From Acidobacteriota bacterium (GTDB lineage Bacteria > Acidobacteriota > UBA6911 > JACQSX01), in the NCBI GenBank assembly GCA_036507075.1, contig DASXQR010000179.1, forward strand, positions 1 through 57,018: a DNA stretch of 57,018 nt. Reading direction: 5' to 3'. How positions within the stretch are numbered: the stretch's first letter is position 1; every line of letters starts with the position of its first letter. The notes below the pieces were generated by a model. That model had not been told where the DNA came from. It saw nothing but the letters and a program-made list of their open reading frames with translations, and did no database searches. Both the position numbers and the translations under genes were made by a program. Positions 46,382 through 56,715 of the stretch are shown here, piece by piece.

Positions 46382-48583
46382 CTAATTCTTAACCGGCACC
46401 TTCGCCGTTCCCACATTGCCGACGCTGTCGGTGACGCGAACGCCGACGGTGTGTTCGCCCGCAGTCGCCTTGGCTCGAACCAGGTACTCTTCCTTCAAGC
46501 CGTCGGTGATGCCGTCGGCTGGATAAACGATCCGCCAGTCGGCGCCGTCGATGGAATACTCGGCCTGGAACAAGGGAGTCGTTTCGCTGCTCGCCTCGAA
46601 TCGCACTTCAAGGACATCTCCCTTTCCATCGCTGGACTTGATTTGAATGCGCGGCGGCGAGCTGCTGATGATGAATGTTTTGCTCACCATCTCGTCGGTG
46701 AGAGCGACCTCGGGAGGATTTGAGAGCGCGTCTGTCGCCACTACTTTAACCGCGTAAACACCGTCGGGGAGCGCATTGCCTTCCAGCGTGTATGTGGTTT
46801 CAGCAAAATGCTCTTCGAGAAGCTTCCAGTTGGCTTCTCCTTCGGCGCGGAAATACAGCGAGTACTGCAGTTCATCTCCATTTTCATCGTGTGCCTCCCA
46901 TGAAAATGACTGGGCGCCAGGCTGATAGATGCGCCTCGGCAACGGTCGCACCGTCTGAGCGTCCCCGTCGCGGCCGGTTCTCGCCGGGGAAGGCGAGGAG
47001 CGAGACTGCGAGCGTCCGGGAACCACGGAGCCTGCGGAAGACACGGCGGGAAACTGCTGGAATGCCACTCCCGGCGGATGCACCGCGATGTTTGTGATCT
47101 GAGGCGGGACATTCTGCTGCAAATACGTGACTGAGACGGAACGCACCGCATTGGATGTGGAAACCACCGTGCCGCCCCGCGCGCTGGAAGGGAACTGCAG
47201 CTTCCATTGGAGATATCGCGCCGTCGGGCTGCTGATGTGCTCTCCGGTCGCGCTCCTGTAAGGCCCCTGCCAGTCCGACCAGGTCTTGTCGGGCTGCTTT
47301 GTGTTGCCTGTGCGGGTGAAGAATTCAAGATTTGCGCCGGTGGCATTTTCTACTCGCCACCGAATCATTCCCCATTTGGCCGGTATTCTGGCATCCAGCA
47401 CGTCCGATTCATACCATCCCGAGGCGGTGGTGCCCGGACTCAGTTCGAAAATCTTCCCCAGATTGCTGGTGGCAGCCAGGATGTGATTCCCCTGTTCCAG
47501 CAAACCGGTCACCTGCTCCTCGGGAGCCTGGAGAAGGATGGTTACCGAGCGGTTTCGATCAATGGAATAAATCCGCCCTCGCTTGCCCGAGCCCGCCAGA
47601 ACCGTTCCGTCGTTGCGCACCAGCACGGAATAGAACAGGTCTTCATCAGAAGTCAGCATCGTCTCGACAATCCCGTCTTTGGAGATCCGGTACACCGCGC
47701 TTCTTCTGTCCTCGGATCTTGATGAAGACGCGGGAGTGGGAGCAGTGTCGCTCTCGGAGGGATTTGCGGGCGCCCCCGCGACCACGCGAATTCGGGGCCC
47801 CGCGCGTTTGGGCTCTTCGGAATCGCGAGGCGGCGCCTCGCCTGCGGAAATTGCGGTGGCGTAAATCATCCCTGTGCGATCGACGGTGAGCGCTTTGATT
47901 TCGGAAAGTCCCGAGTCGTACAACACAAAAGGCTTGCCCTTGGAATCGAGCCGGTAAATGTACCCACCGGGGGCACTGCCTGCATACAAATCGCTGCCGT
48001 CGCTGAAAAGCGTATTTATGTGCGTTTCAGAGCTGTCAAAGAATTGCGCGCCCTCGCCGGCGGGACTGACCTTGAAGATGATTCCCCTTGGGCCGGTTCC
48101 GACAAACAGATTGTTCTGCCGGTCGATCGCCAGCGACCAGATGTACTTTTCCTTGGGATCAAAGACTTCCTTTGTCTTCCCGTCGGGCAAAACTTCGTAA
48201 ACTTTGCCGTCGGGCGAAGAGGCGGCATACAGTTTTCCTGAACTGTCGGCGGCCAGAGCGTAAACGGCGATTTCCTTTAGTGCCGCCAGTTCGGAGAGTT
48301 TTCCTTCCGTGCTGTATTTGAAGATCTTTCCCTCGTTCCCGGTTCCCAGATAAACGTTGCCGGATCGGTCCTGCGCCATCGAAAAAATATAGGCCTGGGC
48401 CGTCTCTCCTTTCTGGTTAAAGGCGGGAGCAAGGGTGATGCGTCCGTCGCTGGTGAGCGAGACACCGCGCAGCGTCCCGCGCAGAAATTCCTGCTGGGAG
48501 GCCAGGTTCCAGGTAGAGGGCTCGCTTGCCGCCAGCCACAAAAGCGTCTGCAGGCACACGAACGGAAGGATAAGACGTTTCAT
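46382..48583 (-). CDS. Secreted beta-propeller (WD40/NHL-like) protein with C-terminal Ig/FN3-like domains
   Basis: Signal peptide MKRLILP; repeated 'LYxGT/SGxxGxIYR' blades; 'LPDGVYAVKVVATD'. Confidence 0.8.
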   Translation of the reverse strand: MKRLILPFVCLQTLLWLAASEPSTWNLASQQEFLRGTLRGVSLTSDGRITLAPAFNQKGETAQAYIFSMAQDRSGNVYLGTGNEGKIFKYSTEGKLSELAALKEIAVYALAADSSGKLYAASSPDGKVYEVLPDGKTKEVFDPKEKYIWSLAIDRQNNLFVGTGPRGIIFKVSPAGEGAQFFDSSETHINTLFSDGSDLYAGSAPGGYIYRLDSKGKPFVLYDSGLSEIKALTVDRTGMIYATAISAGEAPPRDSEEPKRAGPRIRVVAGAPANPSESDTAPTPASSSRSEDRRSAVYRISKDGIVETMLTSDEDLFYSVLVRNDGTVLAGSGKRGRIYSIDRNRSVTILLQAPEEQVTGLLEQGNHILAATSNLGKIFELSPGTTASGWYESDVLDARIPAKWGMIRWRVENATGANLEFFTRTGNTKQPDKTWSDWQGPYRSATGEHISSPTARYLQWKLQFPSSARGGTVVSTSNAVRSVSVTYLQQNVPPQITNIAVHPPGVAFQQFPAVSSAGSVVPGRSQSRSSPSPARTGRDGDAQTVRPLPRRIYQPGAQSFSWEAHDENGDELQYSLYFRAEGEANWKLLEEHFAETTYTLEGNALPDGVYAVKVVATDALSNPPEVALTDEMVSKTFIISSSPPRIQIKSSDGKGDVLEVRFEASSETTPLFQAEYSIDGADWRIVYPADGITDGLKEEYLVRAKATAGEHTVGVRVTDSVGNVGTAKVPVKN

Positions 48584-48604
48584 TCTAGATCTCCGATTCT
48601 TGTC

Positions 48605-48707
48605 TTTTGGCAAAGTTTTTCAAAGCCGTCGACGTTCACGAGCACGTGCACGTCAACGTCGACGGCTTTTGGGTTGCGGCCTACGGTTGGGCTGCGCCTC
48701 TGTGGTG
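48605..48707. repeat. Short allele of the AAAGCCG/NNACGT element
   Basis: Hairpin AAAGCCGTCGACGTT..AACGTCGACGGCTTT with the same flanks as 19202-19500. Confidence 0.85.
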
Positions 48708-48805
48708 AAGTCTTCCCCAAAGGGGTAACACAAACTGAACCACTACCGACCTGTTGGATTGGTGAATCTTTGTGGCTTGGTGGCTTTGTGGCCAGTCGGT
48801 TCCGC

Positions 48806-50614
48806 TTATCCGATCACGTCAATCTTGATAATCCGCTGGCCGCTGACCACAAAATCGTTCTGCGGCAATTCGTATTCGCTGTACACCGTTTTGCGCAACG
48901 GATCAATTCCGCCGGAGGTCTTTCCCGATTTCAAAATGGACAAAATGGAGGGCGGCAAGCCCGGCAGGCCTTCTCCTTTGATTACCGCTCCGGGTTCGTC
49001 GCGGAAGAACCGGATGTAGAGCCGGTCGTTTTTCTTCAGATTGTTGATTGCCCGGATCAGTTGACCCAGGTTTTTCGGGACAAAAACCGCCGGATCTTCT
49101 TCCGAGTCTCTTTGCGCCAGCGTGCTGCCGTCGCTCACCATGATGTACATGGGGCCGGGCACGACATCATCGGGGATTTTGACAGGATACTTCTCGGAAA
49201 CTATCTCGCCGTTGTTCTTTTTGAGGAAAACGGTCAGCTCTACCTCCTCGCCTGCGTGCAATCTGGTCTTGTCCTGCCACACGCTGTCGAGAATCGCCTG
49301 GCGCGTTTCTTCCACAGCGACGATATCGACATTCACCTTTTTCAGCTCCATCTCGCTGAATCCACTGTTGAGCAGAAAATCAATCGGAGCCGACACGGAC
49401 AGCGAGGCGAAAACCGGAGTATTTGCCGCAGCGCTGATACTGTTTTCCATTGCCACGTCAGGCTGGTCTTTCACCGATATTCGGGTCTTGAGCTGCAGCG
49501 TCTGGTTCCCGATGCCTCTTTCCGAACTGATCAGAGTGTTGTACACGGTAAAGTTCATCAGGAATGGAGTGAGGAAGGCATCGGTGACCACTTCGTAGTT
49601 GTATGTCTTCTCTTCATTTCGGCTGGTCGTCAGATGAATGCTGACGGGGATCATTCGCGGCTTCTTGCCGGCGATGCCCATCACGCCCGTCGCCCGGTCC
49701 TGAACGATGGAGCCGACAAAGCCGGTTGTCTGCGAGATTTTGCTGCTGACCTGCAGATTGGGCATAACGGCGATGACATCGGCGCTGTTGAGCGGAAGCT
49801 CCGTGTAGCCGATGCCGAGAAATGGATGTCCGAAAGCGTAAATCCTGTTGCCGTCCACATGTGTCACGGTTCCGGCCGCGTCAATATCCATGTCGCCGCG
49901 GATCAGTTGCACGGAGAGCGTGGAACCGGGCTGAAGCGTCGTGGATTTGGACTGATCCGGCAGTCTTCCGCTTATTCCTCCCATCACCGGAGCAAAGCCC
50001 ATTGCCTGAAAATGGGAAGCAAACTGGGCAATGGCCGCCGGATGAAACCCGGAGAACGAAAGAGGCGTGGCAATGGGAACCAGAGAAGAAGGCATGGAAG
50101 AGGCGGCTATCTGCGGCTGCAGGGCAAAGCCGGCCCCGGCGCTTCGAAAGGCCGAAACCGGGTTTTGCGTGGGATTGAGCAGGGAAGAGAGCCGCACCGG
50201 CTTGCCACCATCGGCCGGCTTCGGCAGCGGTCCCTTTTCTTCAAAGATCCGGATGATTTCCTGGATGGGCGTGATGCCGGCGATCGCTTCCTTGGAAAAC
50301 GGCGTGGCGTAGGCCACCGCGCCTGCGAGTTTTCCGTCGATGTATACGGGACTTCCGCTCATTCCCTGGAATACACCCGCTTTCTCGATCGGACCTCCCG
50401 ACAGTCTTGCCAGGATCTGATTCTGATTGGGGCCTATGTTGTACAACACCCCGAGGATTTCCACCTGGAACTCCTCGATATGGTTCCCTTTGAAAATCGT
50501 CTTTCCGACGCCCTTCTGGCCCGGTTGGATGTCTTTGAGCGGGAGAAAATCAACGCCGAATGCCGGCAACTGCAAACACAACAGAATCATCAGGGAGAGA
50601 GACAAACGCTTCAT
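48806..50614 (-). CDS. SpoIVB-like peptidase S55 domain protein, secreted
   Basis: Signal peptide, 'GKTIFKG..IEEF.VEILGV', 'QGMSGSPVYIDGKLAGAV', 'AFGHP'. Confidence 0.88.
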   Translation of the reverse strand: MKRLSLSLMILLCLQLPAFGVDFLPLKDIQPGQKGVGKTIFKGNHIEEFQVEILGVLYNIGPNQNQILARLSGGPIEKAGVFQGMSGSPVYIDGKLAGAVAYATPFSKEAIAGITPIQEIIRIFEEKGPLPKPADGGKPVRLSSLLNPTQNPVSAFRSAGAGFALQPQIAASSMPSSLVPIATPLSFSGFHPAAIAQFASHFQAMGFAPVMGGISGRLPDQSKSTTLQPGSTLSVQLIRGDMDIDAAGTVTHVDGNRIYAFGHPFLGIGYTELPLNSADVIAVMPNLQVSSKISQTTGFVGSIVQDRATGVMGIAGKKPRMIPVSIHLTTSRNEEKTYNYEVVTDAFLTPFLMNFTVYNTLISSERGIGNQTLQLKTRISVKDQPDVAMENSISAAANTPVFASLSVSAPIDFLLNSGFSEMELKKVNVDIVAVEETRQAILDSVWQDKTRLHAGEEVELTVFLKKNNGEIVSEKYPVKIPDDVVPGPMYIMVSDGSTLAQRDSEEDPAVFVPKNLGQLIRAINNLKKNDRLYIRFFRDEPGAVIKGEGLPGLPPSILSILKSGKTSGGIDPLRKTVYSEYELPQNDFVVSGQRIIKIDVIG

Positions 50615-50805
50615 TTTTTAAGGTTTCCTTCTGGCAAGAGTCGATCAGGTTCCATTCAAGATGTTGTACTTATTATAACGTTTATCAGTACCTGCGAGCA
50701 ACCGGGAAGCGCTGGGGGTAGACCCGCAAGTCCTTAAGAACTTATACGAATCGGCCCGCATTTTGGGTTACTTAAATTACAATCCCCCGTGGCATAGTCT
50801 GTAGC

Positions 50806-52365
50806 GTGCAAAAATTCGATTTTGTCATCATCGGAAGCGGCGTGGCAGGATTAAGGGCGGCCATCGAACTAAGCGATCACGGAACGGTGGCGCTGATTAC
50901 CAAATCAAAGCCCGACGAGTCTAACACCGAGTACGCGCAAGGCGGTGTGGCCGTGGCCATGAGCGACGAAGACGACATTTCGCTTCACTATGAAGACACC
51001 ATCCAGGCGGGCGACGGTTTTTGTGATTCGGAAGCCGTGCGGATCCTGGTTGAGGAGGGAAGAGAGCGCATCCAGGAGCTGATCGAATGGGGCACAAAAT
51101 TCGACCGGGAGGGACCGCAATTGTCTTTTACGCGCGAGGCGGCGCACAGCCGGGACCGGGTGATTCACGCGCGCGGCGACTCGACCGGCAAGGAAATTGT
51201 GCGCTCTTTGCTGCAGTCGCTGCAGGGTCGCGAAAAAGTTACGCTGCTGGACTACACCTTCGCGCTTGATCTCACAGTCGAACGGGACAACTGCAAGGGA
51301 GTGAAATTCATCTCGGAACGCTCCGGGCGAATCGAAGAAGTTCAGTGCAAGGCGGTCTTGATTTGCACCGGCGGGGCAGGCCAGATCTATCGCGACACGA
51401 CCAACCCGGATATTGCAACCGGCGATGGACCAGCCATGGGCTTCCGCGCCGGAGCGGAACTGGTCGATCTGGAATTCTTTCAGTTTCATCCCACGGCGCT
51501 GGCGCTTGCCGGAGCGCCTCGTTTTCTGCTCACCGAGGCCCTGCGGGGGGAAGGAGGCGTGCTGCTCAACATGAGCGGGGAGCGCTTCATGCCGCGCTAT
51601 CATCCCGCCGGTGAGCTTGCCCCGCGCGACGTGGTGAGCCGCGCTATTTTCACGGAGACCGCCAAAACGGGCGCGCCGGTGTTTCTGGATATGTCCGGCA
51701 AGGATCCGGCACAGTTGAAGAACCGTTTTCCCAGGGTGTACGAGACCTGCCTGCGACTCGGTCTGGATCTGACAAGTGATCGAATTCCCGTGCAGCCGGC
51801 CGCGCACTACATGATGGGTGGCATCAGGACAGACCTCAGCGGAGCCTGCTCGCTCAAAAATCTGTATGCCGCCGGAGAAGCCGCCTGCACCGGAGTGCAC
51901 GGCGCCAATCGCCTTGCCAGCAATTCACTGCTGGAAGGGTTGGTTTTTGGCGCGCGCGCCGCCAGGGCGATGCTGAAGGGGAAATCATTTCAATCCGAAG
52001 CGGCGGGAGAGAAGACAGTGAACATTATTTCCAACGCGGCGGTCCCCATGCGCGAGGCGACGCGTTCGCTGATGACCAGCCACGTGGGTATCGTGCGCAA
52101 TGCCCCGGATTTAAAGTATGCTGCTTCCAGGCTCGGAATGGGCCCGGCCGCGGCTGACCGCCCCGCCGCCGAAGCCAACAACATGTCGACGCTCGGCTAT
52201 CTGATCGCCACCGCGGCGCTGCTGCGGCAGGAAAGTCGCGGCGCGCACTATCGCTCGGATTTCGCGCAGCGCAATGATAAGCAATTCCGCAGGAGAATTA
52301 TTTTGAAATTGAGGGAGTACAATCAAATTGCCATCGCCACCGTGCCTGTCAGGGGGGGGCCATGA
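50806..52365 (+). CDS. nadB: L-aspartate oxidase
   Basis: GSGVAG, YAQGGVA, EAAHS..RVIH, QFHPT, EALRGEG, ELAPRD, HGANRLASNSLLE. Confidence 0.96.
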   Translation: MQKFDFVIIGSGVAGLRAAIELSDHGTVALITKSKPDESNTEYAQGGVAVAMSDEDDISLHYEDTIQAGDGFCDSEAVRILVEEGRERIQELIEWGTKFDREGPQLSFTREAAHSRDRVIHARGDSTGKEIVRSLLQSLQGREKVTLLDYTFALDLTVERDNCKGVKFISERSGRIEEVQCKAVLICTGGAGQIYRDTTNPDIATGDGPAMGFRAGAELVDLEFFQFHPTALALAGAPRFLLTEALRGEGGVLLNMSGERFMPRYHPAGELAPRDVVSRAIFTETAKTGAPVFLDMSGKDPAQLKNRFPRVYETCLRLGLDLTSDRIPVQPAAHYMMGGIRTDLSGACSLKNLYAAGEAACTGVHGANRLASNSLLEGLVFGARAARAMLKGKSFQSEAAGEKTVNIISNAAVPMREATRSLMTSHVGIVRNAPDLKYAASRLGMGPAAADRPAAEANNMSTLGYLIATAALLRQESRGAHYRSDFAQRNDKQFRRRIILKLREYNQIAIATVPVRGGP

Positions 52366-53537
52366 GTCAGGTCACGCATCTGGAATGCTCGCGCTGTTTG
52401 AAGGAATACCCGCCTCGCACTGTGATCAATTTATGCGAATGCGGCGGGCCGTTGCTGGTGCGCTACAACCTGCGAAAAGTGAAGCGCAGCGTGACAAAAA
52501 CCGAGTTGGAGGGGCGTCCTTGGAATATGTGGCGTTACTTTGAAGCCATGCCGCTGGATTCTCCCGCCGAGATGGTGTCTCTTTCCGAAGGGGGAACGCC
52601 CATCATTCCGCTGAGGAAACTAGGGGCGGAGCTCGGCCTGCGAAGGCTCTTTTTGAAGGATGAGGCCGACAATCCCACCGGAAGCTTCAAAGCAAGGGGG
52701 CTTTCGGCGGCTGTGAGCATGGCCAAGGCTCTCGGCTTAACGCAGTTGGCCATGCCGAGCGCAGGCAATGCCGGAGGCGCGCTGGCCGCATACGCGGCGC
52801 GCGCGGGCCTGCAGTCTTTTCTGTTCATGCCCAGGGAAACTCCCCAGGCCAACATCGTGGAAGCCAGAGTGTACGGAGCGCAGGTTGAACTGGTTGACGG
52901 CAGCATTTCGGATGCCGGCGCGCGCATGAACCGGGTGCGGCAACCGGGCTGGTTTGACATGTCGACTCTGAAGGAGCCCTACCGGATCGAAGGCAAAAAG
53001 ACCATGGGGTACGAAATCGCCGAGCAGTTCCAGTGGGCTCTTCCCGACGTAATTCTTTATCCCGCCGGAGGGGGAACGGGATTGATCGGAATGTGGAAGG
53101 CTTTTGAGGAGATGCAGGAATTGAGCTGGACTCAAGCCAGGCCGCCTCGAATGGTTGCCGTCCAGGCAGCCGGATGCGCGCCGGTCGTCAAGGCATTTCA
53201 GGAGGGAAAGAATTCCGTTGAGCCGTGGCCCAATCCCAAAACGATCGCCAGCGGCCTGAGAGTACCTGCGCCAATCGGCGATGCGCTCATGCTTGGCGTG
53301 CTGCGCAAATCCGAAGGCACGGCGGTGGCTGTGGACGACGAATCAATCCGGCGCGAGATTTTCGAGGCAGGCAAAATGGAAGGGATTTTCTTTTCCCCGG
53401 AAGGAGCGTCAACCATTGCTGCCTTGCGCAAGCTGAAAGCCGACAACTGGCTCAGCGCGGACCAGTCGATTGTCATTTTCAACACGGGAAGCGGGTTGAA
53501 GTATCTCGAAGTGACAAGTGGCGAGTGGCGAGTTTGA
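52362..53537 (+). CDS. thrC: Threonine synthase (PLP fold II)
   Basis: EGGTP, NPTGSFKARG, SAGNAG, EGKKTMG, NTGSGLKY; stop lies inside the downstream repeat. Confidence 0.88.
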   Translation: MSQVTHLECSRCLKEYPPRTVINLCECGGPLLVRYNLRKVKRSVTKTELEGRPWNMWRYFEAMPLDSPAEMVSLSEGGTPIIPLRKLGAELGLRRLFLKDEADNPTGSFKARGLSAAVSMAKALGLTQLAMPSAGNAGGALAAYAARAGLQSFLFMPRETPQANIVEARVYGAQVELVDGSISDAGARMNRVRQPGWFDMSTLKEPYRIEGKKTMGYEIAEQFQWALPDVILYPAGGGTGLIGMWKAFEEMQELSWTQARPPRMVAVQAAGCAPVVKAFQEGKNSVEPWPNPKTIASGLRVPAPIGDALMLGVLRKSEGTAVAVDDESIRREIFEAGKMEGIFFSPEGASTIAALRKLKADNWLSADQSIVIFNTGSGLKYLEVTSGEWRV

Positions 53538-53694
53538 ATGCGGAATTTTGAATGCGGAATGCGGAATAGTTTCCGATTTTTACTTCGGCGTAATAATTAT
53601 TCCGCATTCCGAAATCCGCATTTATAACATTCCGCATTCACAATTCCGCATTCAAACTCGCCACTCGCCACTTGTCACTTGCCACTCGACACTT
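53509..53694. repeat. Two-layer inverted repeat: outer (AGTGGCG/AGTGACA)n, inner (GAATGCG)n, between convergent thrC and truA
   Basis: 53509-53561 matches the reverse complement of 53628-53680 with one mismatch; extra units on the right arm. Confidence 0.92.
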
Positions 53695-54486
53695 CTAGAC
53701 CCACAGCACCGGCTTAAGCTCGCCCCGTCCTTCGTCTTCGGCGTAGGTCACTTTCTCCAGAAAAAGCCCGGACGCGGGGGCAGTCCACTCGGCGGCCGAG
53801 CGTTTCCGCTGCTCGAGTATCTTGCCGAATTCCTCCACTGTCAGGTCTTCGAGCCCAACTTCCACCATTGACCCGACCAGCCGCCGCACCATTTTCCATA
53901 AAAAGTGGGAGGCTCCCATCCGCACCAGTATCAGGTCATTCGCGCACAGCAGCGAGCACTCGTACATTTCCACCAATGTGGATTTCTTCTCGCCGCGACT
54001 GTCGCCAAAGGCGGCAAAATCATGTTTTCCCACGATTAATTCTGCCGCGCGCTCCATGCGCTTCAGATTGAGCGGCCCCTTGACCCACCAGACGAATCTC
54101 TTTGAGAAGGAAGTCTTGCGCCTGGCGATTTGATACAGGTAGTAGCGGCGCAGGGCGTCATGGCGCGCGTGAAAACCGGCTGGAGCGGGTTCTATCCGGA
54201 TGATGGAAATATCCGTGGGAAGAGACTGGTTCAGCTTTATCCGCAGCGAGTCAAGATCGGTTTTTGATTTTGAATCCGAAATTCGGAACTTGAGATGCGC
54301 CACCTGCGCCAGCGCGTGCACCCCGGCGTCGGTCCGTCCCGCGCCCCCGATTTCCACGTCGGTCGCCAGCACCTCGCGCGCGGCTTCAATCAGTGCGTCC
54401 TGCACGGCGCGGCTGTTCTTCTGGCTCTGCCATCCGTGGTACCGGGTCCCGTCGTACTCCAATGTGAGTTTCAGAGTCGTTGCCAT
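53695..54486 (-). CDS. truA: tRNA pseudouridine(38-40) synthase
   Basis: YDGT.YHGWQ, GRTDAGVHA, FHAR, FLWKMVR, TAPASGLFL. Confidence 0.95.
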   Translation of the reverse strand: MATTLKLTLEYDGTRYHGWQSQKNSRAVQDALIEAAREVLATDVEIGGAGRTDAGVHALAQVAHLKFRISDSKSKTDLDSLRIKLNQSLPTDISIIRIEPAPAGFHARHDALRRYYLYQIARRKTSFSKRFVWWVKGPLNLKRMERAAELIVGKHDFAAFGDSRGEKKSTLVEMYECSLLCANDLILVRMGASHFLWKMVRRLVGSMVEVGLEDLTVEEFGKILEQRKRSAAEWTAPASGLFLEKVTYAEDEGRGELKPVLWV

Positions 54487-54507
54487 AGCGTCATCATTGT
54501 TACATAA

Positions 54508-54643
54508 GAGTGGGAGAGCAGGAGAGTGGAGAGACGGCCCGATGGCCGTCTCCGGCGAAGTCGACGGCAGGGCAATCCCGCGATATTCCCTGAGACGTCC
54601 CGCAGGACGTCTCTCCGCGTGGCGAAGCAGAGCTTCGCCTTAC
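54508..54643. repeat. REP-like doublet of the GAGACG family plus a GGCGAAGC/GCTTCGCC hairpin
   Basis: 54528-54553 and 54588-54618; the latter matches 10077-10110 in reverse complement with a compensatory stem change. Confidence 0.75.
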
Positions 54644-54691
54644 TGCTTCGCGGTCTGCTGCTGCTCACCTGTTAACTGGTAATTCCTGCCC

Positions 54692-54720
54692 CTGATAACT
54701 TGAACCTTGAATGTTATAAT
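54692..54720 (+). promoter_or_regulatory. Extended -10 sigma70 promoter of hslVU (CTGATA-N17-TATAAT with TGn)
   Basis: TGT-TATAAT at 54712-54720, 40 nt upstream of the hslV ATG. Confidence 0.6.
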
Positions 54721-54759
54721 TGCAAGTTTGGCCGCAAGACACAAAGGCGCGGAGTTCTC

Positions 54760-55311
54760 ATGATAAAGATGCATGGCACTACCATCGTCATGGTCCGGCG
54801 CGATAAGTCCGTCGCGCTGGCCGGAGACGGGCAGGTGACGATGGGCAGGACCATCGTCAAGCACGGCGCAAAGAAGCTGCGGCGCCTGTACGACGGCAGG
54901 GTGCTGGCGGGTTTCGCCGGTTCTACGGCGGATGCGTTCGCGCTTTTTACCAGATTTGAATCCAAGCTGGAGCAGTTCAACGGGAATCTGTCGCGAGCCG
55001 CCGTGGAGCTGGCAAAAGAGTGGCGCACGGACCGCGTGCTGCGTCACCTGGAGGCGCTTCTGGTGGTTGGCGACGATAAGAATTCTTTTCTGATTTCCGG
55101 GACCGGCGACATTCTCGAATCCGACGACGGAATCATCGCCGTGGGTTCCGGGGGGCCCTACGCGCTTTCAGCCGCCCGCGCCCTGCTCAAGCACACGCAG
55201 ATGACGGCGCACCAAGTGGCCGAGGAGGCGCTGCGCATCGCCGGTGAAATCTGCGTTTTTACCAACGACCGCATTTTCGTTGAGGAATTGAAAATCGGGG
55301 AAGAAAAATAA
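54760..55311 (+). CDS. hslV: ATP-dependent protease subunit HslV
   Basis: [31 protein letters not shown]. Confidence 0.96.
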   Translation: MIKMHGTTIVMVRRDKSVALAGDGQVTMGRTIVKHGAKKLRRLYDGRVLAGFAGSTADAFALFTRFESKLEQFNGNLSRAAVELAKEWRTDRVLRHLEALLVVGDDKNSFLISGTGDILESDDGIIAVGSGGPYALSAARALLKHTQMTAHQVAEEALRIAGEICVFTNDRIFVEELKIGEEK

Positions 55312-55314
55312 ACC

Positions 55315-56715
55315 ATGACGATTCACCTTTCCGGACAAGTGGAGGAGGCGGCGCTCGATTTTGATGAAATGACGCCGCGGCAGATCGTTGGCGAATTGGA
55401 CAAGTATGTGGTCGGCCAGAAGGCGGCCAAGCGCGCCGTGGCCATCGCGCTGAGAAACCGCCTCCGCCGTCAAAAGCTGAACGAGGAAATGGCAGACGAA
55501 GTGGCGCCCAAAAACATCATCATGATCGGCTCGACGGGCGTGGGAAAGACGGAAATCGCCCGCCGGCTGGCGAAGCTGACCAACTCCCCGTTTCTGAAAA
55601 TCGAAGCCAGCAAGTTCACCGAAGTCGGATACGTGGGCCGCGACGTGGAATCGATGATCCGCGATCTCACCGAGATCTCCGTGGAAATGATCCGCATGGA
55701 GCGCACGCTCGAGGTCGAGGAAAAGGCTGAAAGCGCGGCCGAGGAGCGCGTATTGGACTTGCTGCTGCCGCCCCAGCCCGCGCCGGCGGAAAAAGATCCC
55801 GTCATGGCTTCGCGCGATGAGAGTCTGGACCATTTCCAGAAGACGCGCGAGAAGCTTCGCCTTCAGCTCCGCGAAGGCAAGCTGGACGAACGGATGGTGG
55901 AGATCGAAGTGCGTGATCGCGCCTTCCCGTCGTTTGAGATCATTACCAGCTCGGGCGTGGAAGACATGGACATCAACGTCAAGGACATGCTGCCCGGAAT
56001 CTTCGGCAGCAAGACCAAAAAGAGGAAGATGAAAGTCTCCGAAGCGATCGAGTATCTGATCCAGGAGGAAGAATCCAAACTGATCGACATGGATCAGGTG
56101 GCGCGCGAGGCCGTCGAGCGGGTGGAAGGAGCGGGGATTGTCTTTCTGGATGAGATCGATAAGATCGCCGGCCGCGAAACCGGCCACGGTCCGGATGTGA
56201 GCCGCGAAGGCGTGCAGCGCGACATCCTGCCGATCGTGGAAGGCACCACGGTGAACACCAAGTACGGCATGATCCGCACCGATCACATCCTGTTTATCGC
56301 CGCCGGGGCGTTTCACGTCAGCAAGCCCTCGGACCTGATTCCCGAGCTGCAGGGGAGATTTCCCATACGGGTCGAGTTGAAGAGCCTGACGGAAGCAGAC
56401 TTCATCCGCATTCTGAAGGAGCCCAAAAACGCCCTGGTCAAGCAGTACACGGCCCTGATGGACACGGAAGGGATCAAGCTGGAATTTACCGAGGAAGCGA
56501 TCCAGCAGATCGCCCATTACGCGGCAGTAGTCAACAATGCCAACGAGGACATCGGCGCGCGCCGGCTTCACACCATCATGGAAGCGCTGCTGGATGAAAT
56601 TTCCTTCGAGGGCCCGGACCTTGCCGAAAAGCATCAGATAATCGACGCGGCCTACGTTCACCGGATGCTGGCCGACATCGTCAAGAATCAGGATTTGTCG
56701 AAATATATTCTGTAG
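55315..56715 (+). CDS. hslU: ATP-dependent protease ATPase subunit HslU
   Basis: [51 protein letters not shown]. Confidence 0.97.
   Translation: MTIHLSGQVEEAALDFDEMTPRQIVGELDKYVVGQKAAKRAVAIALRNRLRRQKLNEEMADEVAPKNIIMIGSTGVGKTEIARRLAKLTNSPFLKIEASKFTEVGYVGRDVESMIRDLTEISVEMIRMERTLEVEEKAESAAEERVLDLLLPPQPAPAEKDPVMASRDESLDHFQKTREKLRLQLREGKLDERMVEIEVRDRAFPSFEIITSSGVEDMDINVKDMLPGIFGSKTKKRKMKVSEAIEYLIQEEESKLIDMDQVAREAVERVEGAGIVFLDEIDKIAGRETGHGPDVSREGVQRDILPIVEGTTVNTKYGMIRTDHILFIAAGAFHVSKPSDLIPELQGRFPIRVELKSLTEADFIRILKEPKNALVKQYTALMDTEGIKLEFTEEAIQQIAHYAAVVNNANEDIGARRLHTIMEALLDEISFEGPDLAEKHQIIDAAYVHRMLADIVKNQDLSKYIL

Noticed and set aside
48674..50737. 687-aa plus-strand ORF
   Set aside because: Antisense shadow of the S55 peptidase gene with no motifs; the same applies to 29801-31402, 32026-33207 and 55168-56742
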